The notes beneath the pieces are model-generated. The model had not been told where the DNA came from and did no database searches. It saw nothing but the letters and a program-made list of their open reading frames with translations. The translations under genes were made by a program, and so were the position numbers. A stretch of DNA of 64,000 nucleotides from Eledone cirrhosa (Eukaryota), in the NCBI GenBank assembly GCA_964016885.1, contig OZ024761.1, positions 10,044,001 through 10,108,000 of the forward strand, read 5' to 3'. Below, in pieces: positions 26,477 through 40,674 of this stretch (position 1 is its first letter; the number at the start of each line of letters is the position of its first letter).

Positions 26477-26815
26477 TGTATAACGATCACACACGATTAG
26501 TTGCAGTAATACTAGTAATAATAGTAGTAAACTACTACTACTACTACTACTACTATTGTAGTTCAAAGACCGAGTGACAGAAGTTTGAGTGAAGTGTTTG
26601 GTACTGTATGTGTAAACATGTGTATATGCGTATGGATTTGCATGTCTGTGCAACACACACATACATATATATATATGTGTGTGTGTGTGTGTGTATGTAT
26701 GTGTATATCTAAGCATGTGTACATGTGTAGACATATATATTTGTGTGTGTGTGTGCGCTCTTTAATTCTTTAGTGTGTTTAATCCGTTACGCCAAAGACC
26801 ATTCTGGAGCACCGT

Positions 26816-26863
<48 letters not shown>

Positions 26864-27152
26864 TAATTATGTATGTGTGTGTATATACATATTCTGAAAT
26901 TTATATATATATATAATTATGTATGTGTGTGTATATACATATTCTGAAATTTATTTATATATATATATATATATATAATAATGTATGTGTATATATATAT
27001 GTATATATATATATTCTGAAATCTATGTGTATGTATATTTTCGCTCGTGTGTGTATACAACAAATACATGTGAGAGTGTGTTTATATTTATTCTTTTATC
27101 GTTTCTGATGTTTTTGTTTATGGTCGTTGTTATCGATGTGGTTTGTTTTCCT

Positions 27153-27202
<50 letters not shown>

Positions 27203-27514
27203 ACTATATACATGTATACATACATAAATATATACAAGTATACATATACGTACGTAAGTACACTTCCATCTATGTATACATATACACACGATCGTATACA
27301 CATATGTACCTATCGTATACACGATCGTATACACATATGTACATATACACATATGTACCTACTGCATGTATACATGTGTACGTATGCATGTGAACATGTG
27401 TGTATGTGTAAAGGAGGGGGGGTTAATCGTAATGTCCTGTGAATGTGTGTGTGTCTCTGTATTGTTGTTGGTGTTGGTGTTTGTTGTGTTAAATGTCTGT
27501 TGGTTAGGACTTAC

Positions 27515-27625
27515 CTTGGAGAGCACATCCCGATTATAGTTCAGTAATAGCTGTGTATAACACGCCGAGCCAACAGTCTGCCATTTTGAATAACTTAGAC
27601 ATGTGAAGTCAAAGTGGAGAGTCTA
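27515..27625 (-). other. Candidate 5' (UTR) exon of an unidentified minus-strand gene
   Basis: Unique island ending in a consensus donor CAAG|GTAAGT (intron starts 27514); contains the YY1-like motif CAAAATGGC. Confidence 0.35.
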
Positions 27626-27641
27626 TTATCAGTACATGTGG

Positions 27642-27678
<37 letters not shown>

Positions 27679-27922
27679 TCTTTCTCTTTCCCCCCTTCTC
27701 TTCTTCTTACACATACGCTCTATCTTGCATCCACTCTATCAGTCTCTCTGTCTTTTACAACCTCTCTCTCTCTCTCTATCTTACATACATGCACTCTCTC
27801 GCTTTCCTTCTATCTCAAACACTTACACACACACACAGTCTCTTTCTCTTACACACAGGCTCTATCTTACATCCACTCTATCAGTCTCACCCTCTCTCTC
27901 TCTTTCCATTTTACACATGCAT

Positions 27923-27955
<33 letters not shown>

Positions 27956-28404
27956 CTACTTCTTTACATACACACACCATCTTTACATACACACACCCTC
28001 TTTACATACACACACCCTCTTTACATACACACACCATCTTTACATACACACCCTCTTTACATACACACACCATCTTTACATACACACACCCTCTTTACAT
28101 ACACACACCCTATCTTACGTGATCAGTCTATCTTCTTCTTTCTCTCTCTCTATCTACCACTTTCACACATGTTCTCTATATCTATCTTTATCGTACATAC
28201 ATACATACTCTCTTTCTCTCTACCCCTCCCTCTATCTCTCTTCCTTGTCTTTCTCTCATTAGATAACTATGTATCTCTCTATTACACACATTCTATCTCT
28301 AATTAGATAACTATGTATCGCTCTCTCTTCTCTATTGTACCTTATCTCTCTCTAATTTGAATAGCTGTGTATCTCTCCCTCTTCTCTAATTAGATATCTC
28401 TCTC

Positions 28405-28453
<49 letters not shown>

Positions 28454-28619
28454 GAATTCCGTCGGAAAGGTCCAGGAAAAAAGAGTGCTCTATGTAGATA
28501 TATACAATATATTAACAAATGGAAACTATATTTACCCTCTCTTATCTATTTATCTATAGTCATCTATCTCCTTTTATTTATCCAGCTCTTTATCACCCTC
28601 TCTCTACCTAATTAGTTAG

Positions 28620-28654
<35 letters not shown>

Positions 28655-28803
28655 TCCTCTCTCTATCTCCCACACTTGCCGTCCTTCTCTCACTTGCATT
28701 TTCTATTATCTGCTCTCACTGTGTATCGTTCGTTCTCTCTTTCTCTCTCACCTGCTAGTCATCTCTCTCTCTTCTTCCATTCTCTATAGATATCAATCTA
28801 CCG

Positions 28804-28841
<38 letters not shown>

Positions 28842-29495
28842 CTCTCTCCTATTCCCTATAGATCTATTTTGGCGATTTCTCTCTCTCTCTCACTCTTTCT
28901 TTCTCCCTTTCTCTCTTTCAATCTCAGTCGCCTGCCCTCTCCTTTTCTCTCTATAAGTCTCTCTCCCTCCCTCTCCTGTATACTAAGTGTGTTTATGAGT
29001 CTGTCTGCTGTACGTCTCAATGCTGCTGTGGCAGTGAGTGTGTAACTGTCTGTGTGTGTATGTGTGTATCTGTGTGTGTGTGTGTGCTTGCTATGGCAGT
29101 GAGTGTGTAACTGTCGGTGTGTGTATCTGTGTGTGTGTATCTGTGTGTGTGTGTGTGTGACTGCTATGGCAGTGAGTGTGTAACTGTCTGTGTGTGTATG
29201 TCTGTATCTGTGTGTGTGTGTGTGTGACTGCTATGGCAGTGAGTGTGTAACTGTCTGTGTGTGTATGTGTGTCTGTGTGTGTGTGTGTATCTGTGTGGTG
29301 TGCCTGCTATGGCAGTGAGTGTGTGTATGTGTGGCTGCTGTGGCAGTGAGTGTATAACTGTCTGTCTGTATGTGTGTCATTGCTGTGGCAGTGAGTATGT
29401 GTGTGTGACTGGTGTGGCTGTGTTTGTGTGTATGTATGTCTAGTTGTGGCTGTGATTGCGAATACCTTTGTAATATGTGTGTGAATGGGTGTGTA

Positions 29496-29532
<37 letters not shown>

Positions 29533-29978
29533 TACATGCCGTTGTGCGTGTGTGTGTGCAAATTGTTGTAACTATTGATGTGGTTGTATGTATACTGTTG
29601 TGACTGTCTTGCTGTGATTGTATGTATGTGTATGTGTGTGTGTCAGCGTGCTGGTGTGATTGCAGTTTGTCTGTGTGTGTGTGTGTGTGTGTTTGTCTAC
29701 TTACTATTAAGAATATGTGTTGCTGATGGCGTGTGTGTGTGTGTGTGTGTGAATACTGCTCTGACTGAATTGTTTCGTAATGTTTGTGTACGGTGTTGTG
29801 GTTGGGCGTATATAGCTGTATATGTGTATGTGTTTATCTTTCTCTTAATATGTGTATGTATTACGTACGTATGTACGTATGTATGTATGTACGTATTACG
29901 TATGTGTGTATGTGTCAATTATTGTGTCGCTACTGTTGCTCTGTGAGTGTGTACGTGTGCGTCAGCTGCCGTTGATTA

Positions 29979-30026
<48 letters not shown>

Positions 30027-30156
30027 GGCAGTGTGTTAGTTTGTACATTACATATTGCTGTTGTCGACTAGTGTATATGTGTATGTATATGTGTTAGCAT
30101 GCATGTATATATATGTATGTGTGGGTATGTATATGTGTTTATGTAAGTCACTATGC

Positions 30157-30209
<53 letters not shown>

Positions 30210-30640
30210 TTTGTAATCCATCTACTGCTGTGGTTAATTGCAATAGTGTACGCATGTATGTATATATATGTGTGTGTGTGTGTGTGTGTTCGTTTGTTCG
30301 TACACTGTGCTGTTGCGGTTCACTGAATGAGTGCGTGCATGTGTGTGTTGTGTTGTGTTTTTCGTCTGTATTACTGTGTCAGTGTGTGTGTGTGTGTTTG
30401 GTCGTCTGTATTACTGTGTCAGTGTGTGTGTGTGTGTTTGGTCGTCTGTATTACTGTGTCAGTGTGTGTGTGTGTGTGTTTGGTCGTCTGTACTGCTGTG
30501 GTCGACTGCAATAATAGTGCTTGCATGTGTGTGTGTGTAGGGGAAGGTATGTTTGTGTTTGTGTGTCGTTTTGTGTAATGTGTTTGTCTGTCTCTAACTC
30601 TCTCTCTCTCTGTCTTTCTCTCTCTCCAGTCTCTCTCTCT

Positions 30641-30695
<55 letters not shown>

Positions 30696-30807
30696 ATTGT
30701 GTGTGTGTATTAATTGTATGTATATATATATATATGTGTGTGTGTGTGTTACGTGTGTATGGTGTGCATTTTGTGTGAGGTATGCTTGTCTGTTTAAGTA
30801 TGTGCAT

Positions 30808-30838
<31 letters not shown>

Positions 30839-30851
30839 CACACATATATAT

Positions 30852-30917
<66 letters not shown>

Positions 30918-31197
30918 ACACCTGTCCATTAGACATGTGTTGTCTGACCATGTGCAACATGCGTAAAGCGACCTCTGGCTACTACCCTCACATGATATCT
31001 GCATGTGTATCTTTCTACATACATACACATATGCCTACATACATATATACAAACATAGATGTGTGTGTGTGTGTGTGTGCGTGTGTGTGTGTATCCCAGT
31101 TCTACTCATGTCAACGCCATCTACACGTGTTTCTCTATGTGTTTGTATATATACAAACACACACACACCAACCTTCTCGCAGCACTTTCTAGTCCTC

Positions 31198-31308
<111 letters not shown>

Positions 31309-31427
31309 CACATACATACATACATACACGCATACACACACACACACGCGGAAGTTGCGTTTCGCTAATTTCTACACGCCGAAATGCGATTCTCGCTAAA
31401 TATATATATACACAAACACACACACAC

Positions 31428-31458
<31 letters not shown>

Positions 31459-31467
31459 TATACACAA

Positions 31468-31564
<97 letters not shown>

Positions 31565-32065
31565 TACACACATATATATATATATATACACACATGTGTT
31601 ACTGTTTAGCCACAGATCTACTGAGATCCACCGCAGATATAGATCAAAGTGTTTATTAATCATCCGTGTCCATCCTGTCTCTCTCTGCCAGAAAGCTATG
31701 ATCACATTATCCGAAGTATTTTTCAAGGCGGTCGTCTATGTGGGTGGCTGATGTGGTCAGGGAGATTTAGCTGCTATTTCTAGCAGACTGAGACAATTGA
31801 ATTTCGTCATTGTATATTGGTTGTTTTTATCGTTGTTGTTGTTGTTGTCGTCTTCGGTGTGTGTTTTTTTTTGCTTTGTTTTTTTTTTTTGTTGTTGTTA
31901 TTATTATTCCGTCTCTACCCGGAACTAACGGGATCAAACGAATCCCCAAAACCCCGTCTTCGGTAACGACAGTGTCAATAATAATATCGATAATTATGGC
32001 GATTGTTATCTAATACTGCAATAATACAAATTATGATTATGGTTCTAATGATAATAATAATTATT

Positions 32066-32170
32066 ATTATTTCTACTTTTGGCACAAGGCCAGCAAATCC
32101 CCCAGTGTATTACTGGTACTTTATTTTATCAACCCCGTAAGGATGAAAGGCAAAGTTAACCTCGTCGGGA
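32066..32170 (-). mobile_element. SINE 3' fragment
   Basis: Same family as 35041-35228. Confidence 0.8.
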
Positions 32171-33209
32171 TAACAATAATAAGATATATATATACGTGAG
32201 CGTGTGATGTATATGTGCATGTGTATATATAATATATATATATATGCGTGAGTGTGTGTATGTATATGTGCATGTGTATATAATATATATATATATATGC
32301 GTGAGTGTGTGTATGTATATATATGTATATGCGTTAGTGTGTGTGTGTATATGCGTGAGTATGTGTATGCGTGAGTGTGTGTGTATGTATATGCATATGT
32401 GTATGTATATATATATATATGCGTGAGTGTATATGCATGTGTGTGTAAAGATATTGGTGTAAACGTGTGTGTGTGTCTACATTCGTATGTTGTTAGTGGG
32501 CTGTTGTTTAACCCCAGGTCAGCTCCGTTGGAACTTGCCTAAACGATCTACGTACTTCCAGCCGTGATCACACCCTCACTTTGTATAGAAGAAGAAGAAA
32601 AAAAATCGTCCAATGTGTCCTTCTTTCTTTTTGAAGACGACAGGAAAATTTGACTGCTATTTCTAGCAGGTCGAGCGACAGCCATAAAGCTTGGCTTGCA
32701 AAGTGCGTGTTTGTGTGTGCGGCGTTTGGCACTGTTGCATGTATGAGTGACCTACTGCCCCTGTTTACATAGTATAAGGGAGGTGTGCGAGAGAGAGCGT
32801 GTGTGTGTTTGTAACGGAGAGAGAGAGAGTATGTGTATGTGCGTGTATCTGTGTGAGAGAGTGTGTGTTTTTTAAGGGAGAGAAAGAGAGAGAATGTGTG
32901 TGTTTGTGTGTGTAACGGAGAGAGAGTGAGAGAGTGTGTTTGTGAGTGTCATAGAGAGAGTGTGTGGGTGTGTTTGTGTGTGTAAGGGAGAGAGTGTGTG
33001 TGTGTTTGTGAGTGTAAGAGAGTGTATGTTTGTGTGTCTAAAAGTGAAAGAGATGTGTGTGTATGTAGGGGAGAGAGAGTGAATGTGTGTTTGAATGTGT
33101 AAGAGTGAATGTGTGTGTGTGTTTATGTGCATGTAGAATCTACCAATATACACATGCATGCATGACATATGTTACGTGTGAATCTCATTGTCTATGTACA
33201 TATAGATGT

Positions 33210-33251
<42 letters not shown>

Positions 33252-34007
33252 ATATATATGTATGTATATAACTACACGTGGGATCTCGTGGTTTGAGCTA
33301 ATGTTTAAAGTGTCTGTACGAGCAGGTGTATGTGTGTATGTGTGTATGTGTGTATGTGTGTGTATGTGTGTATGTGTGTATGCGTGTGTATGTGTGTATG
33401 CGTGTGTATGTGTATATGTGTGTATGTGTGTGCAGTCGGACGCTCCTCAGTATGCGTATGTGTATGTTTGTCTGTGTGTATAACTGTACATATGGTTTCG
33501 AGGTTTGGGGTAATGGCTAATGTGTGTGTGTGTGTGTATCTGTGCGAACAGGTGCATTTTATGTATGTATGTGTATATGTATGTGTGTGTATGTATGAAT
33601 ATATGTACGTATGTGTATGAATGTATATATATATGTACGTATGTGTGTATGTGTATGTATGTATATATATATATGTACGTGTGTGTGTATGTATATATAT
33701 ATATATATATATGCATGTATGTATATATGCAGGCATGCATATATCTGTGCATGTAGTATGTATGTATATATACATATATGTATGAGTATGTGTGCGTGTA
33801 TGTATGTATATATACATATATGTATGTATGTGTGTGTATGTATGTATGTATATATGTATCTATGTAGTATGTGTCTGCAGTCGGACGCACCACTGTATGC
33901 ATGTGTTTGTGTGTTTGCACGCATGCGCATATGCACCTGTCACGCATGTCTGAATTGAAAACCTTTTTCATCGAGGCCATCTCACGTGAATGAATTGTGT
34001 GTGTCTG

Positions 34008-34048
<41 letters not shown>

Positions 34049-34909
34049 ATTTATGTGTTTTTGTATGTATATATATATGTGTGTGTATGAATGAATGTGT
34101 ATGAATGACTGCTTCGGAATGTATCTATGAATGAATGTGTATGTGTGAATGAATACTTCTGAATGTGTATGTGTGTAAATGAATGCTTGTGAGTGTGTTT
34201 ATGAATGGAAGTGACTGTTTGTAAATGACAGCGTGTGTGTGTGAGTGTGTGTATGTATGAATGTCTATCTATGTGTATGTGTTTAGGTGGCGGTGTGAGT
34301 GTGTAGCTTATCGATGGCTGTGTATCTTTGAGTGTTTGCCGGGTGTTGATGTGTGTATGTGCATATGACTGCAAGTGATTAGTGTGTGTGTGTGTAGGTG
34401 GTTGTTGAAACGCGTGGCGATATGTCTAGTGTGTTTGTGATATGCGTGCGGTATGATATAATGTGTGTGATATAAATATGTAATGTGTGTAATATAAGTA
34501 TGTAATGTGTGTGATATCACTATATGATGTGTGTGATATCAGTATGTAATGTGTGTAATATCAGTATGTAATGTGTGTGATATCAATATATGATATGTGT
34601 GATATCACTGAATGATATATGTGATATAAGTGTGTAGTGTGAGTGTATGTAATGTGTAATAATATAAGTGTAGTGTGTGTAATATCAGTATGTAATGTGT
34701 AATATAAGTGTGATATCACTGCATGATATATGTGATATAAATGGGTAGTGTGTGTAATGTGTGTAATATAAGTGTGTGATATCACTATATGATGTATGAT
34801 ATAAGTGTGTAATGTGTGTGATATCATTATATGATGCGTGTGATATCAGTGTGTGCGTAATGTCTGTTATGATATCAGTATGTAATGTGTATGATATCAA
34901 TGTGTGTGA

Positions 34910-35270
34910 TATCTTATATATTTATAAATCTACCATTCGTCCTTGTATTGAATACTGTTTCCACATCTGGTCTGATCCGGTGCATCTTGAGAATCTAGAT
35001 AAGATCGAAAGATGAATCGTCAACATTATTGGTCCTGTCAGGGCGGTGGATTGGCAGTATCGGTAGAGGGTCGGACGCCATGCTTTGTAGCAAAGAGTTA
35101 CGTCCCTTTATGGTCTGAGTTCAAATCCCGCCGAGGTTAACGTTGCCTTTCATCCTTGCGGAGTCGATAAAATAAAGTACCAGTAATACATTGTGATAAT
35201 TGCTGGCCTTGTGCCAAAGGTAGAAACAATTATTGGTTCTGTCAGCTGCAATCATTATCACACCGTCGCA
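34910..35270 (+). mobile_element. CR1-like LINE RT C-terminal fragment split by a SINE
   Basis: ILYIYKSTIRPCIEYCFHIW..LDKIER*IVNIIGP resumes after the SINE as LQSLSHRR. Confidence 0.8.
35041..35228 (+). mobile_element. Full-length tRNA-derived SINE with 16-17-bp TSD
   Basis: A box TGGCAGTATCGG, B box GAGTTCAAATCC; TSD attattggt(c/t)ctgtcag at 35025 and 35229. Confidence 0.92.
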
Positions 35271-35360
35271 GACCTGCAAACCCCTAAAAACCCCAATTGG
35301 GGGAGTACCATGAAAGAAAGTGCCCCCAAAAGGGAGAGAAATGAGGAGATTTTATATAAT

Positions 35361-35545
35361 TTTCTACTTTTGGCACAAGGCCAGCAATTCACCAGTGGAT
35401 TACTGGTACTTTATTTTATTGACCCCGTAAGGATGAAAGGCAAAGTTAACCCTGGCGGGATTTGAACTCAGAATGGCAAGGGTCGTAACTCTATGCGTCA
35501 AAGGATGGCGTCCGACCCTCTACCGATACTGCCAATCCACTGCCC
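35361..35545 (-). mobile_element. Full-length SINE inserted at the tail of another SINE
   Basis: TSD tga(g/a)gagattttatataat at 35342-35360 and 35546-35564. Confidence 0.9.
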
Positions 35546-35564
35546 TGAAGAGATTTTATATAAT

Positions 35565-35782
35565 GGTTTCTTATATAGATAGGCACAAGGTCAGCAATTT
35601 TGGGGGAGGAGAAAATCGATTAAATCGACCCCAGTGCGTGACTGGTACTGTATTTTATCGACCCCGTAAGGTTGAAAAGCAAAGTTAGCCTCGGCGGGAT
35701 TTGATCACAGATCATAAAGGGCCGTAACTCTATGCTGCAAAGCATGGCATCCGACCCTCTGCCGATACTGCCAACCCACTAC
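35565..35782 (-). mobile_element. tRNA-derived SINE (longer variant)
   Basis: Family homology. Confidence 0.85.
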
Positions 35783-35914
35783 ATAATGAAAGCTATACCC
35801 ATTTTCACAAGAGAAGACATCTCTCACCCCCAAAGTTTTCCCCGTCGGATTGGGAAGGTTGACAGGTCTGTCGTTTAAATGTTGCATCTTTTTGCCTCAT
35901 ACCTTTTTAATATA

Positions 35915-36108
35915 CCGTATTTCCCGGCGTCAAAGACGGTACTTTTTTCCTAAAATAAGTCTCAAAAATCTACCATGTGTCCTAGAGGCCGAAGGTTGTT
36001 TATTATTATTGTTATTATTATTATTATTTTTTTTTTTTTTTTATTTTTGGTTGTCAAAATTAGGGTCCATCCTCGAGGATGAAGCGTCTTCGGCGCCGGA
36101 AAATACGG
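35915..36108. mobile_element. pogo/Tc2-like MITE
   Basis: TIRs CCGTATTTCCCGGCG / CGCCGGAAAATACGG preceded by TA. Confidence 0.8.
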
Positions 36109-36199
36109 TTAATATTTTCAAAGGAATAGTTCTGATGAGCTTTCTTCTTTGTTGTCTCGTCTTCACAAGTTTAAACGGAGCACCAGATTGGCAGCAAGG

Positions 36200-36498
36200 C
36201 AGAGGCATAACTAGGGAAAATAGCCCTTATGGCAAGCAGTGAAATTGTAACCCTGGCCAGCACTGTATTTTTTACCTATGGGTTTAATAATTTATGTAAA
36301 TGGTTTAATGATCCAGCCATCGTAGTGTCCTCCTCCATGATAATCAGAGACAGGTCATACATCTGAAGGAGTTTCTTTTTTCACTCTCCGGCAAGGCTTA
36401 TTTGACTTTAATAGAACGTGCTGCTAGTTCAAGTGGCGCCCCCTTCATGTGGCGCCCATGGCTAGTGTCATTCTTGCCATAACCTCGTCACGCCTCTG
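36200..36498. mobile_element. Putative hAT-type MITE
   Basis: TIRs CAGAGGCATAACTAGG / CCTCGTCACGCCTCTG; degenerate 8-bp flanks cagcaagg/cagctaag. Confidence 0.5.
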
Positions 36499-36647
36499 CA
36501 GCTAAGCCTCATCCATCTGCTGTTGAACTTCCTAAATGTAATCATAAATTCTATTCTGATAGTTTCTTCCTTCGCCACATCTCATCCATCGAATTCTCTT
36601 CCAACTTCTTCCTTTCCGGACTGAATACAATTTGCAAAAATTGCTGC

Positions 36648-37378
36648 AATCTAATGACTGACACCAGTAAAAGTGCCCCAGCATGGCCACAATCTAATGA
36701 CTGACACCAGTAAAAGTGCCCCAGCATGGCCACAATCTAATGACTGACACCAGTAAAAGTGCCCCAGCATGGCCACAATCTAATGACTGACACCAGTAAA
36801 AGTGCCCCAGCATGGCCACAATCTAATGACTGACACCAGTAAAAGTGCCCCAGCATGGCCACAATCTAATGACTGACACCAGTAAAAGTGCCCCAGCATG
36901 GCCACAATCTAATGACTGACACCAGTAAAAGTGCCCCAGCATGGCCACAATCTAATGACTGACACCAGTAAAAGTGCCCCAGCATGGCCACAATCTAATG
37001 ACTGACACCAGTAAAAGTGCCCCAGCATGGCCACAATCTAATGACTGACGCCAGTAAAAGTGCCCCAGTATGGCCACAATCTAATGACTGACACCAGTAA
37101 AAGTGCCCCAGTATGGCCTCAATCTAATGACTGACACCAGTAAAAGTGCCCCAGTATGGCCTCAATCTAATGACTGACACCAGTAAAAGTGCCCCAGTAT
37201 GGCCACAATCTAATGACTGACACCAGTAAAAGTGCCCCAGTATGGCCTCAATCTAATGACTGACACCAGTAAAAGTGCCCCAGTATGGCCTCAATCTAAT
37301 GACTGACACCAGTAAAAGTGCCCCAGTATGGCCTCAATCTAATGACTGACACCAGTAAAAGTGCCCCAGCATGGCCAC
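36648..37378. repeat. 43-bp minisatellite x17
   Basis: Unit aatctaatgactgacaccagtaaaagtgccccagyatggccwc. Confidence 0.97.
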
Positions 37379-38138
37379 ACTCCCCTGATCGTGGACTAAA
37401 TACCCGACAACTACAACAACATTAAGATATGTAATAGGACCTAGTAAAAATAAACAAAAACCTCACCATCATTGGAAAAACCAATCTTGGGGAGATCGAT
37501 AAGTGATCACTGGTCATTAGTCTGTTTGATCAGGAGGTGACAGGGGACTAAATAACAACAACAACATGTAATAGGTATCTGGTAAAGAATGAGAAAAGAA
37601 GCCATGTTGTGTGTATATCTGCAAATGTCATATTGTGAAAACATCATAAGTGCAGGATTTCTCTCTCTATTATCGATTTATCGATTACCCAGGTACATCG
37701 CCCACCCATCACTAACACTACCAGCACCACAACACCACTACTAACACCATCGGCACAACAACTATTAACAACATCATCCCCCATATACCACCACCACGAC
37801 CATCACAGCCATCTCCATCACCTGTCGCCACCATAACCATCACCACCCCCATCCCACCCCCACCTATCGCCACCACCACCATCACCACCCCACCTCCACC
37901 TGTCGCCACCATAACCATCACCACCACCATCACCACCCCACCTCCACCTGTCGCCACCATAACCATCACCACCACGATCCCACGTACCATCATCACCCCA
38001 CCCCCACATATCACCATCAAACCTCCACCTGTCGCCACCACAACTACCACTAACACCATCGCCAACACCACTACCACCAACGGACCACCACTGCCACTAC
38101 TACCGCCACCACTGCCACTACCACCGCCACCGATTCTG

Positions 38139-38156
38139 TGACGTCATTTTTATTGG
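38139..38156 (-). promoter_or_regulatory. CCAAT box plus palindromic CRE (TGACGTCA)
   Basis: Minus strand CCAAT-aaaaa-TGACGTCA in a unique island. Confidence 0.3.
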
Positions 38157-38514
38157 CTGGATTAATGGAATTGAAGATGTAGGGGGATGGTGAGAGAAAG
38201 TGAGAGAGAGAGGGGGGAGGGAGAGATAGAGATAGATAGGGGGGGGGGACAATGAGACAAATAGATACATCTCGGTGCAAATATATATAATATACATGTC
38301 GTGCAGTTCAAATTGTTTGAATAAGATGAAAGCTTTTACTCTTAAATAGCGAGTGTGTTAACTAACTTGTATTACCATTGGCTTTTGATTTTGATACTAA
38401 ATAATTATTAAATATGCATTGATGTTCTCTTATTTGTGGTGGCCAACTAGCAGAGTGGTTAGGAAGCGGGATTGGAACGGTTATAAGGTAGAGCATCGGT
38501 CTACATGCTCTGCG

Positions 38515-39100
38515 ACTTCTTCTTTTTCTTTTTCTTTTTCTTTTTCTTTTTCATTTTCTTTTCCTTTTTCTTTTTATTTTTATTTTTATTTTTATTTTTA
38601 TTTTTATTTTTATTTTTATTTTTATTTTTATTTTTATTTTTATTTTTCTTCCTTTTTATTTATCTTTTCTTTTTTTCCCTTTTCTTTTTTTTCTTTTTTC
38701 TTCCTTTTTATTTTTATTTTTCTTCTTTTTTCCCTTTTCTTCTTTTTCTTCTTTTTCTTCTTTTTCTTCTTTTTCTTTTCTTTTTCTTTTTCTTTTTCTT
38801 TTTCTTTTTCTTCTCCTTGAGAGGGTCGTGGGGGCCAAAGTCCTCCAGCAGGACTTGTAAGAAGCAACCGTCTCCAACTGATCCAGCTGGATCCCCCAGT
38901 GAGACCAGCCAAGCTCATGGCTGTTATCCAACCATCTTGCTCGAGGTCTATCCCTGGTTCTCCTACCTATTGGTTTTGCCCGTAAAATCTGCCCAACAAT
39001 TCTTTCCAGAGACATTCTAACCACATGGCCATAATGTCGGAGCTGTGATCTCTCAATTCGGAGAAGTAGCGGCTCTACCTGGAGTGATTCTCTGGCCTCC
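38515..39100 (-). mobile_element. RTE LINE 3' end with expanded purine-rich tail
   Basis: VRMSLERIVGQILRAKPIGRRTRDRPRARWLD (RTE GRP..RW motif), followed by an (AAAAAG/AAAAAT/AAG)n tail at 38515-38816. Confidence 0.8.
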
Positions 39101-39455
39101 GAGCTTCAGATGAACTTTGCTTTCATATATTCATGGTCGATAAAATAAAGTATCAGTCGAGGGTGCTGGATTGCTGAGAATGTTAAGTAGAACATTGGAC
39201 GACACGCTTTTGCAATATCCTGGCTCTTTATGTTCCGAGTTCAAATTCCACCGAGGTTAAATTTGCTTTCATATTTTCGTTGGTCTATAAAATAAAGTAC
39301 AAGTCCAGGATGCCAGATTGGCGGGGTTTTGTAAGATGGGGCATGAGAAGCCATGCTTTTGCGGTATTTGTTTTGGCTCTTTATGTTCCGAGTTCAAATC
39401 CCGCCACGGTCAACTTTGCTTTCATATTTTCAGGGGTCGATAAGATAAAGTAAAG
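39100..39455 (+). mobile_element. Three tandem diverged SINE copies
   Basis: Repeated gagttcaaat...ctttgctttcatatt...gtcgataaaataaagta. Confidence 0.75.
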
Positions 39456-39739
39456 CGCCAGCTTCAGAACTCTGTCATCAGACGAAGGGTCATGTCGGGC
39501 CTAGTCTAGTCTGGTCTCTTCCTATCCTCCTTGTTGAGGGGCGGCAACCATAGACAATTGCACTAATGTTCATTTATATGATGTTGCATGTCTGATTCTC
39601 ACCAGGAAAAAGTAACACCAGTGGATTTCGAATCCTCTTCTGACCTCAGAAGCTGGTTACTGAACCGCAGCCCACCCGTCTTTATCACAAAGATGAAACC
39701 ATTGGCCGTGTGAAAAGTTGTCACCAAGGCGACCAAGGA

Positions 39740-40020
39740 GACCCATCTACCCCTATTTTGAAGTCAGAGTGATTCTTCTCTGAGACAACCAGCCAAGGCT
39801 AACGAGTTCTGTCTACCCGGATTTTTTAAAACACAGTATTGGATGGCCGTTGATTCTCTTTTGTTCTTCAGCATTTGGCGGGTTTTGTATTTCTTATCGC
39901 TGGATGTCCAGAAAGCACCCTCATCACCAAGCAAGCATGGTGAGGTGGCCGTTTAGTCGCCGACGATCCGACCATGTGACAGGTTGTTGTACTGGGTTAC
40001 ATGTTACCAGTAGCACCCCA
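39740..40020 (-). mobile_element. RTE-clade LINE 5' UTR fragment
   Basis: Reverse-complement homolog of 1305-1580. Confidence 0.6.
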
Positions 40021-40674
40021 GATAAGAGAGTTAGGTGTAAAAGCCAACCTCGCTATCTTCAATTCGATGTTCTTGCATACCCATAGTCATAAATCCGAGC
40101 AAAGAAGGAGGCCTACAAGCTTGATTTTGAAATAAGTCCTCCTCCTTCTTGCACTCGTGATACAAGTAGGTAGGAAGAATCAGAGCAGTGACAGTAACGA
40201 CCTCTAATCTTGGCAGTGAAATATGGTTTCATATATATATCAATAAGAGAGCGCCTTGCATAAAGTGTCTACATACTAATAGGGAGTTTCGCTATCTGAA
40301 TATAGCGAATGGAAAAATGAGAGGGGGGGGATGAAACTCCCTTTAAAGGTTTTCATAAAACTGAAACAAACACGGGAGGTAACTCTTATGGCCTTGGTTG
40401 ATCCAAGTTTCTTTTAAAAGAATTTATCGCATTTATAGTGGAGTTTGTCAATAAAACAACTTGGAGAAAGCAATGGGAGTGTAAGTTGGTATGGCCCGTT
40501 AAGGACCGGCGACTGAAAGGAGTACTCAATGCTTTAGCAGAAGTTAATAATTTATACTAACGTTGATCCTGTGGCCTGTTACTCTGGAGTTTCTCCAATC
40601 AGTAGTCTCATATTCTCCCTCCCGCTTCATCTCGCCTCTCTCCTTCTCATTCTCACATCCCCCCCTCTCTCTCT

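Noticed and set aside
35041-35135. tRNA gene (A and B boxes)
   Set aside because: Box spacing too long, no cloverleaf, continues into the SINE body with TSDs.
39460-39485. Minus CTGATGA-cagagttct-GAAG
   Set aside because: Lacks A15.1, helix III and helix I.
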